Shown: piece by piece, positions 36,962 to 49,070 of the stretch
Position numbering within the stretch: the first letter of the stretch is position 1
Layout: every line of letters starts with the position of its first letter
Source: Klebsormidium nitens
Lineage: Eukaryota > Plantae > Klebsormidiophyceae
Direction: 5' to 3'
DNA: 64,000 bases
Assembly: GCA_000708835.1 (NCBI GenBank)
Contig: DF237441.1
Location: forward strand, 912 to 64,911
Notes under the pieces: generated by a model
Told to the model about the DNA's origin: nothing
The model's database searches: none
The model's input: the letters and a program-made list of their open reading frames with translations, nothing else
Position numbers and translations under genes: made by a program

Positions 36962-39904
36962 AAGTGCGCGGTGAGTAGACTCTGTTATATGAGAGCATTC
37001 GTCAGTTCTTCGACTTTTTCTAGCATTTGCGCGCTCGCTATGCTGGTGTGTGTGTGCCTCCCACCTTATCTCCTCAAGCTGCAGACCCTTTCATTTTCTT
37101 TCAATATAGTAGATTTGACGATTGCTGCCCTCTGATCGCACCTGCGCACTACTGGCGCCTGCTCGATCTTGATCTCACAAAGTGCTGTCGATGGCCCTGC
37201 CAAAGCAGGGTGCTTTATGGATGACTCGTTGCTCGTCAAACTCTATTTGCCACTTGAATTTCTACCCCTCTCTCAAAATAACCTAGACAGAATACCGAAA
37301 TATGGGCTGACCTGCCTTCAAAATGGTGTCAAAGCGCCATCCGCTCAGTACTTAAAAACTAAACTGAAACAACGAACATGTGGCTGTCAGTGCCTAGTTC
37401 TCAAGTAGCACCTGAAAATTTCTACTGAGTCGGTCCGTCTGAGTTGGTCCGGCTGTCAAAATGAGACCGTATATTATCTCCGTCTCAGATCGCCTGATCT
37501 TCGCCTATGCAGGTTGAGCGCTTATGGGCATGCTCTGCTTTCAGGTTGAGCACTTCGTGAGCGGACTAGTGAGGTCCTCCGCCCTCGTGAGAAGTCTAGG
37601 GGTTTTGGACGCTTGTGTAGACAGATTCCTGGTCAAGGAGTCGTATATATGGATACGTGGCAGCTAGCGCAACCAGGGTCTGTTGCTCTTTTTCCACATG
37701 ATTGCATGTAGATCAGGATTCTGTAGTCTCAGCGAGCGCAGGACTGGCAGCAGTGGAGTGCCTGAAACCGCGCGTTACCCGTCAGACCAGTTGTGCTTGG
37801 AAGCCTGGCTCCGAAGGTGGAAATAGATCCGTGTAGTCCCAGCTTCGAATGTACGTAAGTTTCTTTGTGAGAGACACTTTAAAGATTTGCAATATTCTTG
37901 AAGTAAGAGCCTTTTGTAGAATAGGAGAGACTGTACGCTCGAAAATGAGCATTTGACTTTTTGTAGTAGAGCTTGCATCTGCGTAATGATCGGACAGAGC
38001 CTGTACAGAAGACTAGTAACGGTTGATAGACCAGGCTTATACAATCTATCCTAGCCTTCATTCTTCGGTGTTTTTCCAGAAAAGAGGCCAGAACGAGAGT
38101 ATATAATACAGCGCCAGTTGAACTTAGGGTAATCAGTCGCACACTCAGGATACAAGCAACGTACTCAGACGGTCGTCATATTACATTCGACAGATTGAAG
38201 TCACCTTCAGTATATAGCTCTCTAGGGCAATGAATATTGCATTGAATCCATGCAAGGACACATGGATTCGCACATCTCAAGTCGAGGTACTTCCGCGCGC
38301 CTGGCGACAACATGGGGTATGTTTGGGATGACGCACTCAACTGTCATTTCGATGTGCGTCATCTCACTGGCACTGGCATGACTGGTACGACGGTCATCAT
38401 ATGATATAGTGATTGCACATGACCATACGCGTGTCTGGCAATTAAGTTATCTGACTACCAGGCCGGTTTATATTGAACGCCGGGCGATACGGTAGTAAGC
38501 CGGTACGTACTACGAGTCACGCAGGAGCGCAGCGCACAATCTCAACCGCGCACGCGCCGGCCATTCAATGCATGGCTGCGGGCGGCGGCCGGACTAGCCA
38601 GAATCACATGATGCGCTAGCTGGCATGAAAACATACTAATGAATTACTTTGTTTAAATTTAAACCATGCATGTGTTACGAATGCAAGCTAGTGCAATAAT
38701 GTTTTAGATTCAGATCAACACCGTGGTAGATCGGAGTACTTATGTACCGTCGCAGTCTCACTCGGTACGTCATGCCAGGCGTCACGGTGCTACACCACGT
38801 GCATGACGTATCCCAATATACTATGATAGCTGATGTTCTACTATAGATATACCAAAAGTGAGGATCCGACTCAGCTTGTCAACTAGAAAAAGGTTTGCCA
38901 GCTAACAAGTCACGGTCGAAACCTCGATCTGCTGCGCATCTCTGAACACATGAATACCGTCACGCCCAGCGCATTGAATACTTGTTGCCAGGTCGAGAAC
39001 TACGATACTATAACCTTTATCTGAGATGTTTGTGTAAAGAGCAATTAATCAACTTCGGAGCTCCGAGTCAGCCGAACCATGCCGCCGCGTGCTGCTGCTA
39101 TCACGATATCAAGTCAAGCCAGCTCAAGATCTCACAAACGCTTTGCCGGCGTGGAATTCTCTGAACAAGCGATCGATGCCAGTGGACACCACGACGGTTC
39201 CTTACTGAGTCTCTCTGATTTCAAAGCATGCGCCAGAAGACGCGGACTTATGAATCTTGGTTAAAAGAGATAGGGGTGTGTAGAGTTAGGGCGTCAGGAC
39301 TGATACGGAGTCGACAGTAAAGCGGATCTGCTTCATGATAATAGGCAATGTCTTTTCTTGATGTGGAAACCAAATCTAATCAGATGACGGAGCCATTGCC
39401 TGCTGGCTCTTCATCAGCAAACCGAAGTTCGGAAGGGATCTAGGCCACTGCTTCTCAGAATCTGAAGCAAATGGATTGTAATAAACAAGGTCAGCAGTTT
39501 GGTCAATCTCTAAGTCGCAAGGCCAATAACGAAGACATCAAAAGCGAGCCTCGACGAACTTGAAGTAACGTCGGAACGGATCAACTAAATCCTGAGGCAC
39601 TTACATGTCATGATTCCTCGACGTGCCCAAAATAGCGGGTCCATGAAGGCCAGCATGGTGTCCTCGATCGAGAAGATAAGGACTGTCAGTAGCCATGATG
39701 TACACATCTTCAAGACATCTGTTGCAAACTCCCAGCTAGCTTCGAAAGTCTGCAATCTTGTCTGCGCAACCTTTTTCTTTTATGGGATGATTGAATATAT
39801 CGCGCCCGGCCGTTGTTGGCGCTTCAAGTTGTGCCCACCGCGGACGCCTCAGCAACTTCTCGCAGACCAATCCTTTTCGAGGCATCAGCCCAAAGTCGGA
39901 GACC

Positions 39905-40905
39905 AACCGTCTTCCGCCCCTTGCCCGAACGCCGACCCTACCAGCTGCATATTCGGACCAGAGATGTTCGGCACAGCTCTCACCCGGGCCGGCAACCCCA
40001 GTCCCTTCTTCTATTAATGCAACTCGCGTCTCGCCGGATGCGCCGCCACCGGATCGGCCGCAGCCGCGCCGGCAGGTTGGGGTCCGGGGAAAGGGGCACG
40101 GACTTTGCGCTCGTGACGTCGCCTTCTCCTTCCTCGGTTTGTTCTGCAATATGAGGCTCTGTTCTCATTGACGGCGGACGGCACAACAATTAATAAATCC
40201 TTTTTTGCCCGGAACTTGCCCGGAAGTGCCCAAAAAAGCGAAAAGCGTGAAGTTGTGCCGGCCGCAAGTGAAATCACACCACGGCACAAGTCCTGGTACA
40301 AAATCGGGAATTGCCACGCTGGCATGCAAAACCCTAAACCCCGAGCAGGCAAAAGACCAGCTAGGTACCCTACAGGCTATCCTACAGCTGCTGTGCTTGC
40401 CTCCTGTGCACAGTCATCACTACGTTGCAACTTGCAGCCCTGGCGCGCCAGAATCTAGCACCTCGGGCTGTGAGTGGCCAGTTCAACCACGTGGTTGCCC
40501 GGCACAGAAAAATAGGAGTTCGACCCGAGGGGGCACAAGGGTCGAACTTTTAATATTTTTGTGCCGCTGACGTAAGCATTTTTTTATCGAGTTCCGCCGG
40601 CACAACTGCTAGTGGAAGCGCGGTAGAAGTTTTCCACATTCGCCGGAGCCAATCAGAAGATTTAGATTAAAAATTGTTGTGCCGTCCGCCGCTAATGAGA
40701 ATAGGGCCTGAAGCCGCCAAAACTTGATGCATGCGAGGGATGACCAAGTCCTGCTCGCGCACACCCTTCGAAAAACTGCAGTTTCTTCCGGGGGGTGGGT
40801 TGAAGACCCATGTCTGCTACTGGAGCAGGGGCCGACTAATTGGCACACGGAAAGGTGTCGGTCCGCATCGCCGGGGTGCACTGGCATCGTCAGTAAATCC
40901 ACGGA
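39905..40905 (-). pseudogene. Copy A of an unknown gene family (motif LPxRLRPIRWR), interrupted by a MITE
   Basis: With the MITE removed it reads VREQDLVIPRM..WRLHIAEQTEEGEGDVTSAKSVPLSPDPNLPARLRPIRWRR..EEGTGVAGPGESCA, collinear with 45860-46295 on the opposite strand. Contains frameshifts. Confidence 0.65.
40155..40708. mobile_element. 554-bp MITE, PIF/Harbinger (Tourist)-like
   Basis: 37-bp TIRs matching 33/37: GGCTCTGTTCTCATTGACGGCGGACGGCACAACAATT and the right-end reverse complement GGCCCTATTCTCATTAGCGGCGGACGGCACAACAATT. A 3-bp TGA target duplication lies at 40152-40154 and 40709-40711. Internal GGCACA motifs occur in both orientations. The paralogous locus near 46045 lacks the insertion. 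Confidence 0.85.
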
Positions 40906-43345
40906 AACAGGTAACCAACTTCGCTGTCTGACGGGTTGTATTTAGATGGTTCAACGGAGTATCCAAATTAAACCCGAAGAACTTGCTGCGACGGACGGGA
41001 AAAGAAAGTTGCGAGTCGAGCCACAACTCTGAAGACTTGACGTTTGGTCCGTCCGACCGAGTAAAGTTTTTCTTCAGGCTTTCCAGTCACTACAAAATCA
41101 GGGCAAAAGCTGCCAACGAGTCTCACATTTCAAAGGTAATGAAATCGAACCTAACATCTCCAAAACGCCACTTGAATAATGACCTGAAGAAAGGAAAAAG
41201 TCCGTTCCGGTCTCTATTGGGAGACAGAAGCAGCGAAGGCACGAGGTGGGTGATTATAATTGCAACATTCATAAGTCTTTTGTTTCCAAGCTCAACCTCT
41301 TTAAAAGCTACGTCGGACTTCCTGAACCATCTGAACGTACCGCAAACCCAGAACCTTTCAAACGTTCACCGACAAACAACAGTACGTCTCTCTCGTCTAC
41401 ATGAAGCGCCTGGCACGCGGAGCGCACGCAGTGCGCACAGTACTTCAACCGGCTGCGTTTCCACTAAGATACTGCAGGGAGATATACAGGCTGGGGAGCG
41501 GCCTAGGCGATCGTTCACACATATCCGCGGCTTTGGTTTCCGACAAGCCGGTGACGATCTCTGTTTGTTTCAGTAATGCAATCATTCAAACTTGTACCAT
41601 GTTTGCCTGTTGACGCGTCGAAGCTGTGCACGGACTGGCAAGTTTGAAGGCATCATGCCCCTCTCCTTCGGAAGGATTCCAGGTCCGCTTACCGCTCGTT
41701 TTAGAGCAGCGGCTGTAGAGCGCGCTTTCTATAGAGATGTGACGGCATCCCTGTTCTTTCACGACATAGAAAGAAGTCGACACGGAAGAAAGAAGAAAGA
41801 CTTGTCGTCATTGCCAGGAACCGCTAGCTTCAAAGCAGCCCGAACACAGAGTGTATAAAAGCTTAATTCGGAACCCAGCCGACCCAGATATTACGGTAAG
41901 CAGGCTCTTTCCGAAAGGTACTAGCACAAGGCGACAATATGCAAGAGGATATGCAATATCCTGTAAGCATTGAAACCAGGCGTCCCGGACCTGGATTTAA
42001 CGATGCCCCAATTGGAAGCAGAAATAATTGTCGAATCTGAGAGCTCTACTTGCACGGGCTTTCCATGATGAGCTCCAGCCTGTACAGGTATCAATGGTCC
42101 TATCATCCGGTTAGCCTCGTTAGACAATTTGCAGACAATCCGCCTTCCCGGCTTCACAATTGCATGTCAAATAGGAAGGCCGGGGAGCTGCGGTGCCTAG
42201 ATTCTGCGCCTATGATCAAATAATTTGACCCCTGCACTGACATGAGGATGGTGTTGTCAACGGAATCTAATGCACGTTGCCGGCAGCTAGCTGGCCTTCC
42301 AGGCGGCGCTGCCGGGCGTACACCTGCTATAAACCGCAGTTTTGGAGGGCGAATAAGGTTTTCAAGGGTCTGGATGACTCGGGACTCAGAGGGCTCTTGT
42401 ACGGGTTTCGGGAGGTCCGGGCAAGAATCCAAGTTCCGGAGAGAACGGCGTTGACATTCTAGCATCCAGTCGCAAATACAACCATAGTGCAGCGAAAAAT
42501 GAGTGGGTAGCTTAGTCTCCAGCAGGCTGATCGTCCCCGGCCGGCATTGAACGGTTAGTTGTGTATACGAGTCACATCAAAGTGTGGACATTTAAGCCTA
42601 TAGTAGTAGCAGCGCAGCGAGTCGGGCGCTGTGCGGCAAAATATGATTATTGCCACATCACCTTCAAGTTGACGAGACGACCTTGACTCCGGCTTTTTCT
42701 ACTTGTTGCTGGATAAGGTCTTGTCATCCCTTTTGTGGGCTTATTCCTTGCATGTAACGTGGTACAAGTTAAGCGGGTAGTCGCACATCATCAGATTTGC
42801 TGGTCACGTACTTACAGGTGAGCTGGTCTTGTCAAATAGCGCGCGTTCCTCGCTTCAAACAAACGTGCATGTTCCTTTCCTCTATGTCGAGCGCTTTTCG
42901 ATCAGCCACCTTCGACCCTGAACAAGCTGCAAGCGTCAGAAGACAGCAGATTGTGTGCGGTATACCGTTCGAGCAGACCAGTGAAGCACTCTCCCGAAGG
43001 CAATAGTTCCCAGCTTTCACGACAAAGTGACGTCTTTGCATAATTAGTAGCGTCCTGAAGCAGGCACTTTCATTCAGAACGAACCCAGTCATTCCAACTT
43101 GACGGTCTTCCAGCATAAACGCAGGGCAGTGGGGCATCTACTTCGCAAATTGCACGCCAGTTCCTTGTGGATCAAAGCTGCTGCTAAGAAGCCATATCGG
43201 ACCCTGTCATAGGTGACGGCACGCCTTTCACAAGCCAAGCTTCTTCTAGAAGCACAGAGGCAAGAATAGACGTCACATCATTTCAGCACATTTTTGTTCC
43301 GTTGCTTCACTAGTTAGCGTGTGCAGTATTGACGAGCCCGACGTA

Positions 43346-44134
43346 ATGGCGACTCTCTATGTGGGTAACTTCGTTTTTGCTGGTGTGAGCGAGATTCACC
43401 TGCGGCGTGCCTTCCAGACCTTTGGGCCCCTGCGCTGCGTCCAGATGAAAAGAAACTATGCATTTGTAACATTTGCGGACGTGCGCGCAGCTCAAGAAGC
43501 AGTCCACGCCTACAGGGCGGGCCTTGTTTTGCACGGGGAGCAAATACTGGTCAGGTGGGTGCGGATGCACAATGCGCCCGGGGGAGGCCTCCGGGAGCTT
43601 CCCACGAGCTTCCAGACGGTCGCATACAACGACCGGGCCAGGCCCCATGGTTGTAAGCGCTTTACCGGCTGTAGAGATAGTTTACGGCAAGGGGCGCCTG
43701 CAGGAAGCTTTTGTACCATCTATGGCAGGGCGGGCCACTCGACCGCTGCCTGCCGCTACAACGTGAGGACCATAAGGGCCGGGGGCGTTGACATGGCACG
43801 CGCCAAATGCGCTTGGGATTCAGAGGTAGCGAAGCGCGGGGACGGAAACTTGGCGAGCGGCAGTGGAGCAAGGCTGGAGGGCGGAGTGGAGCCCAGACCG
43901 AACCTGAGGGGAAGGGGCTGTTCAGCAGGGAATGCGGGACTCGGTTCAAGGCAAACGTCTCCCAAAAAGATATTTGATTTGGATGAGCCTGATGCGAGGA
44001 TGAAGCCGCCTTCTGGCGGGGATCGGAGGTCAGATTTTGTGGTGAACGGTGAGCTGATGCAGCGAGCGAGCGACTGGTTCAGAGGTTACCAAAGGAGGGA
44101 GCCGAGTATGAGCAGGGCCATCCCCAGGAGGTAA
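43346..44134 (+). CDS. Intronless RRM protein with a degenerate CCHC zinc knuckle (RSZ/SRSF7-like layout)
   Basis: MATLYVGNF (RNP2), MKRNYAFVTF (RNP1), AQEAV..LVLHGEQILVRW. The knuckle CTIYGRAGHSTAAC has Tyr (TAT, 43721) in place of the second Cys. Single open frame of 262 aa. Confidence 0.78.
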   Translation: MATLYVGNFVFAGVSEIHLRRAFQTFGPLRCVQMKRNYAFVTFADVRAAQEAVHAYRAGLVLHGEQILVRWVRMHNAPGGGLRELPTSFQTVAYNDRARPHGCKRFTGCRDSLRQGAPAGSFCTIYGRAGHSTAACRYNVRTIRAGGVDMARAKCAWDSEVAKRGDGNLASGSGARLEGGVEPRPNLRGRGCSAGNAGLGSRQTSPKKIFDLDEPDARMKPPSGGDRRSDFVVNGELMQRASDWFRGYQRREPSMSRAIPRR

Positions 44135-45833
44135 GGCCTCCAATCCCGGCGTTGGGGAAACATTAATTGTGCGCGTTTTGACCAGGAAATTTCGGAAAGA
44201 GAAGAGCAGTCTGCAGGACGTGAATTTCTCTTTGTCTGGGCAGCTATACTTCTGGCCGGATCAAGCCCAATTGGTCTGCCAGACGGTGGAGATCATGCCT
44301 CAAGAGCGGCTTTCTCTCAGAAATTCAAGATTCAGGACTGTTTTGCGAAATAATACATGAGATCCAAAATACCGCTTGGACCGATCGCTTGTCTATCTCC
44401 ACTGGCAGTGCTTCCCTTCCTTTTGCCTTCAGCCTGACCACTGGCACGTTCCCGCTGAGAATATGCCTTTTGGTTCGCGACATTACATCCTTTGTCCGAT
44501 AAAACCTCCATTAGTAGCATCCATCGCTTTTTGAGTTCCAGCCGTGCGCGGCCACCAAGCGAAGTCGGCATGCGAATCAAGCCAAAAACGACCAACTTTC
44601 AAGAAGGACCAAGTCGAAGTCATCGATCCGAACTGACTTTCATGAGATACTTCTACACCCCTCCGTTGGCCTAGCTTTTTAGCAGACGTTACGCCTACTC
44701 AGTGGCAGGCTTGATAATCTGGCGGACTGACGGACTAGTTCTCAATGTCTCCAAGTTCTTGTCTCCCTCTCTGCAGCGGTCAATCTTCCGCGGGCCTCAG
44801 TCTGACCCGGTGCTCGGACAGCCGCTGCAGCTGCCAGTCTGACACCAGCCTCTCCTCCCCGTCTTCGAGCGACACCTTCTCCTCTTGCAATGCAACATTT
44901 CTTACCCCAAAGGACGGGGTCAAAGGGACCAACAGACGCTCCCCCTTCAAAATGTAGACCAAGAAGCATCCCCCGAAACTTCTAATTCAGCGGAGTCTGT
45001 CGGCGCCCGTGGTGACGGGAAAGGTGCCAGCGGCCGGCCGAGTCTTCCGGATAACCACGAGTGGCCCACGGAAGCAAAATTAAGGGACTCGGAATTGTAG
45101 TCTGCAGACGACTGCACCTTCCGAGGGCGGTACACCAAAGAGCTCCTCTCTCTGCCGAGAAGGGTTCAAGTACGATTAAGCTCTTCGGAGCGAATAGGAG
45201 GAAAGCGGAAATTGAAGACGAAAGAGGGTTTGGAAGGACTCTGTGATGGCCGCAATACACTGACGGCCCGAGCAAGAACGGGTAAAGCTCAATGCCCGCT
45301 AGCCATTGCTACTTTTTGGGACGAAAAGGACCTTATTGGCCACTGGTATTATTGACTATTGACATCCCTGAAAATGGAAGCCCACTTACTTTGTCACAGG
45401 TGCGCGGGCCACTTTGCACTTTGGCTGCGCCTTTTCACCCCAGACTGCATGCGCTTTTATTGGACACTTGAAATTTGAGTATCAGCAAAGATGCCGTACA
45501 TGTAACACCGGTTGTAATCAACCAGCCTATCAGAGGCAAAAGCTGTAACTCACGAAAGCCAGTACTTTCGCTTTCCGCAGAAGAGTGATCGTTCCCTCTG
45601 TTCAAGAGGTAGTCTGCCGCTTTCTTTGGTGAAAATAAAGTGGGGGAGTGAGAAACCTTCCAAGTGACCTTATTTTGGAAAAGTGGTCGCGGTTCCCTTC
45701 AGGCCGCAGCCGGCAGGAGTGGAACCTCTAGTCATATCCTATCCACTTAGGTCGTCCAGGTCCATAGCAGAGGTTTCAAATGCACTTCCTTTGAAAAGCC
45801 AGTCGACCAAGCATCAACTTTTCAAAACAGCTC

Positions 45834-46295
45834 TTGACTGACGCACCGCACCATACGGCTCCTAACAAGTACTTCCGTCGGCTTGCAGACGATTTGCCCC
45901 CGGCAAAACGGCTCCACACCCTACCTCCTCGCGCCGAGGCGGCCCCTCCCCCAGACGGGGCTCCTCAACCGACTGCCCCGAAACGGCTGCAGCTCGACAC
46001 TGTGCGAGAGCAAGACCTGATCATCCCTCAAATCACAGAGTAGCAGTTTTACACAGCCGGGGAACTCGAGGAACTAGATGGCGAGGTCACGAATGCAAAG
46101 CACGTGCCCCTCCCTCCGGGCACCGACCTGCCGGTGCGGCTGCGGCCGATCCGGTGGAGGAAGTCGGTGAGACGCGAGGCGCAGGGGGCGCTGGGCGAAG
46201 GGGCTGGTGTTGCTGGCCCGGGTGAGCGGTGTGCCGGGCGTCGTCGGCCTGGATAAGCGGGTGGAGTCGGCGGCACGGGAAAGGGGCGAATGAGA
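45834..46295 (+). pseudogene. Copy B of the same unknown gene family, with in-frame stops
   Basis: KRLQLDTVREQDLIIPQITE*QFYTAGELEELDGEVTNAKHVPLPPGTDLPVRLRPIRWRKSVRREA..GEGAGVAGPGERCA..*. TAG at 46041 aligns with TGG in copy A, and there is a TAA at 46254. Confidence 0.65.
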
Positions 46296-47113
46296 CGCCG
46301 CTTCAATGGGGTCCTATACCTGGGCTCCAACTCGAAGGGGACCAGACGATCCGCGAGGTTTTAACGTCGCCAAAACAAGTGCAGGCTGCACCGTGACGCG
46401 CAGCGCATGCGCGCCTCGTTAGATTTCTGACTGACCGCAAGTTTGTAAAACGGAGTCTCATACAGTTCGTAAGCACTCTCAGCTTTGATTTTGATCGACT
46501 TTATGATTGAAGACGATTCGACCCTTGCGGCCGGCGTCGTCGGATGAACGAAGGCGTTCAAGTTCCTTCCGCTCGGTGTCGATAAGGAGGATTTTCTCAT
46601 TGTGCAATAGTTTATTCCGAAGGAAAAGTAGCGTGTTTTTTAATCACGAACTTGGAAGTACGTCGCTCTGGACAATCGGTATCGATCATGATACAGAACT
46701 GGGTCACCTTCAGTATAGAGCGCGCCGGGACTCTGCCGAGGAACTCAAGAGCGATTATTCATCGAGACTGGAACGTTTGGTGGCGATACCCGACTCGAGC
46801 AGACGCGCAATTCTCGAAAACTGAATTGGAGACAGTAAACTCGAACGCGCGCGCGGTCACTGGGTCGTCCAAGCTTCTTAATGTCTCCGTGTCATCCGTG
46901 CATATATCATCTCACACATCTCACACATCAATTCTATGTTTGCGAACAAGACGCGCACGTTCTCCGTAGGTTTGATCAGATATGAATTGTGGATGATTAC
47001 AGTGTCGCTCTTGGCGCTTAGCGTGTGGAAATCCAATCACATTTTAGCCGTTATCACAGGAAGATTTGGCTTTCAGCGGGGGTATGAGCCGACCAGGTAC
47101 CCCGGCTTTTTAA

Positions 47114-48849
47114 CCCTTTAACAGCGGGTGTTGCCTTTTGTTGCCTTTCGCAACAACATGGATATATTCGCGTCCAACGGCCTCCAAATCACTTCAAATG
47201 ACCCTAGCACTTCGGGCATGGGGTGTCAACGGCCCAAAATAAAAATATAAAAAAGCAACAAAAAATTTCGGGGGGGTCCGGGCCTATTTAAGGACGTGAC
47301 CCCCCAGTAGACTGTTGCCTGTGTTGTTGCCCCAGGCAACAGGCCTGCGGGGGGCCAACCGGGCAACATTGAGGTATTGTTGCCGCCAGATCTAGGGCTA
47401 CGGCTCTGCCCGGGTCATTTGGCCGACCGTCCATGAAAGATTGGGGGGGGTTTGTGTAAGAGTCCTTGTTGCAATGTGTCAGTCATCGGCACAACAGGGC
47501 AACATATACATCCAATCGACACCATTGGTACAGGCAGGTGACTTGGAGGCAACACAGCGACAACGGGGCCCTTGGTTTTGACTCTATGGGCAGTCGAGAG
47601 TGAGTCTACGGGTGCGGGCTTACGTTATCTTGTTGCCTTTTTCCCTGGCAAAAGGGCAAAAAGGGCAACAATAGAAACGGGGCCTAGAATGTAGCAGACT
47701 GGCGCAGGGCATCGTGTCAAAACACATTCATAGCGGTGCACTGAACTCCGATTTTCCGGGGTTTCGAGGTGGGTATGGAAGCCGGTTTTGGGTTGAACCG
47801 AAATCACTTCGAAAGGGTATGGAAGCCGGTTTCGCCGTTTCGCCGTTTCCCCTCTCTAACTCAGGCTATTTCGGGGGCGGGGTTATGGAAGCTGGTTTGA
47901 GGTGTTATGAAACGTGATCGAGTACGTCATATCAAGACGAGCCACGCGTTCTGGGTGTTGTTTATCCCGCAAAATTCACCCCAAGGAAGGAGCATGTGTC
48001 CATGAAAACAGATCGCGTTCCCGACAGCTTTCCGTTATTACGCATGTGACTGGGGCTCGAATGCCCCCTGACCAGAGCGAAGTTTTAACTTGGTTTACTG
48101 GAATACGCAAAACCTTCTAGGCATTTTCTGCAAGCCGAAACAAAGGTGAGGGGGAGGAAAAGATGGGTCTGAACAATAGTACTACTAGGGGTCGAAATTC
48201 CGACTAAAGAGACCCCCCCCCCGGAGGCCGGTTTTAGATGCTCACTGGCCCTGAACCGGCCCCCCTGGAAGTCGGTTTTTTCACCGGAGTTCAGTGCACC
48301 GCTGCAAACATGTTCTGACACGATGCCCAGACTGCAAATACATAAGCAACATTGCAACCCCTTGGAAGCAAAGGACAGGCCCCGTTTTGAACAAAGGCAA
48401 CACTCCGAACGCGGCGCGCGGGCGCGCTGCAGCAGAAGCTATGAGCAACATACATATATGATATTGCAACAGGCCGATACCTATGGTTGGGTGTGTTGCT
48501 CTTATGAATGTTCCAAACCTACCGGTCACAATGTCCAAAGCAACAATAGCAACAAGGCCTTTCGGAGCCTAGGCCAAGCAGACTTGCAAAGCACCTTCTT
48601 TGGCATGCTCGGAAAGGCCTTGGAACAGCAGAGGTGGGGCAGCTCGCAGGGCCGAAGCCTCGGAGCCTCGGCCAGCTCGAGATCGGAATTTCCAACCGGC
48701 ATCGACCGGCGCGCCGGACCGTCAACTTTTCCGATCGGCGCCGTCCGATCGAAATAGTCTCGCCGATCGAACGGTTAATTTGATTTTTGCGATTATCGAT
48801 AATAATCAAGTACGGCGATCTTGACGGGTTTTACCCCGCTGTTAAAGGG
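47114..48849. mobile_element. Non-autonomous piggyBac-like DNA transposon, 1,736 bp
   Basis: TTAA at 47110-47113 and 48850-48853 flanks perfect 15-bp TIRs CCCTTTAACAGCGGG / CCCGCTGTTAAAGGG. The interior is rich in GCAACA/TGTTGC motifs. No transposase ORF. Confidence 0.88.
47707..48328. repeat. 44-bp imperfect inverted repeat pair inside the piggyBac-like element, possibly a nested MITE
   Basis: GGGCATCGTGTCA(A/G)AACA..AGCGGTGCACTGAACTCCG at 47707-47750 and its reverse complement at 48285-48328. No clear target duplication. Confidence 0.7.
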
Positions 48850-48853
48850 TTAA

Positions 48854-49070
48854 AGCTGGCCCGGCTGAAATTCCCGGCTCAGCTGTGAGCCGACCACAGG
48901 AACAACGCAGGGTCGGCTCATGGCCCCGATCCACGGCTCATGCCTTCGAAGCCCGGCTCACGTCCCCAGTCACTCCCTACTAGTCACCCGGCTCAGTACC
49001 GGGGGATCCCCGGCCGGGCCTGGCTGACCGCCGCGGCCACCGCGCGGCCGCGACTCACGCACTCAGCTCA
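48854..49070. repeat. GGCTCA/TGAGCC-rich repeat patch, host site of the piggyBac-like insertion
   Basis: Many CGGCTCA/TGAGCCG copies, and the same motif (ATGAGCCGACC, CCCGGCT) lies just left of the element at 47084-47107. Confidence 0.55.

Noticed and set aside
9887-38510. GTACGTAC-centred palindromes at 9887, 24367, 33915 and 38503
   Set aside because: About one copy is expected by chance in 64 kb; four noticed without a systematic count is too weak.
40325-40340. AAAACCCTAAACCC and similar telomere-like hits (54883, 59552, 61112)
   Set aside because: Single units only, with no tandem array.
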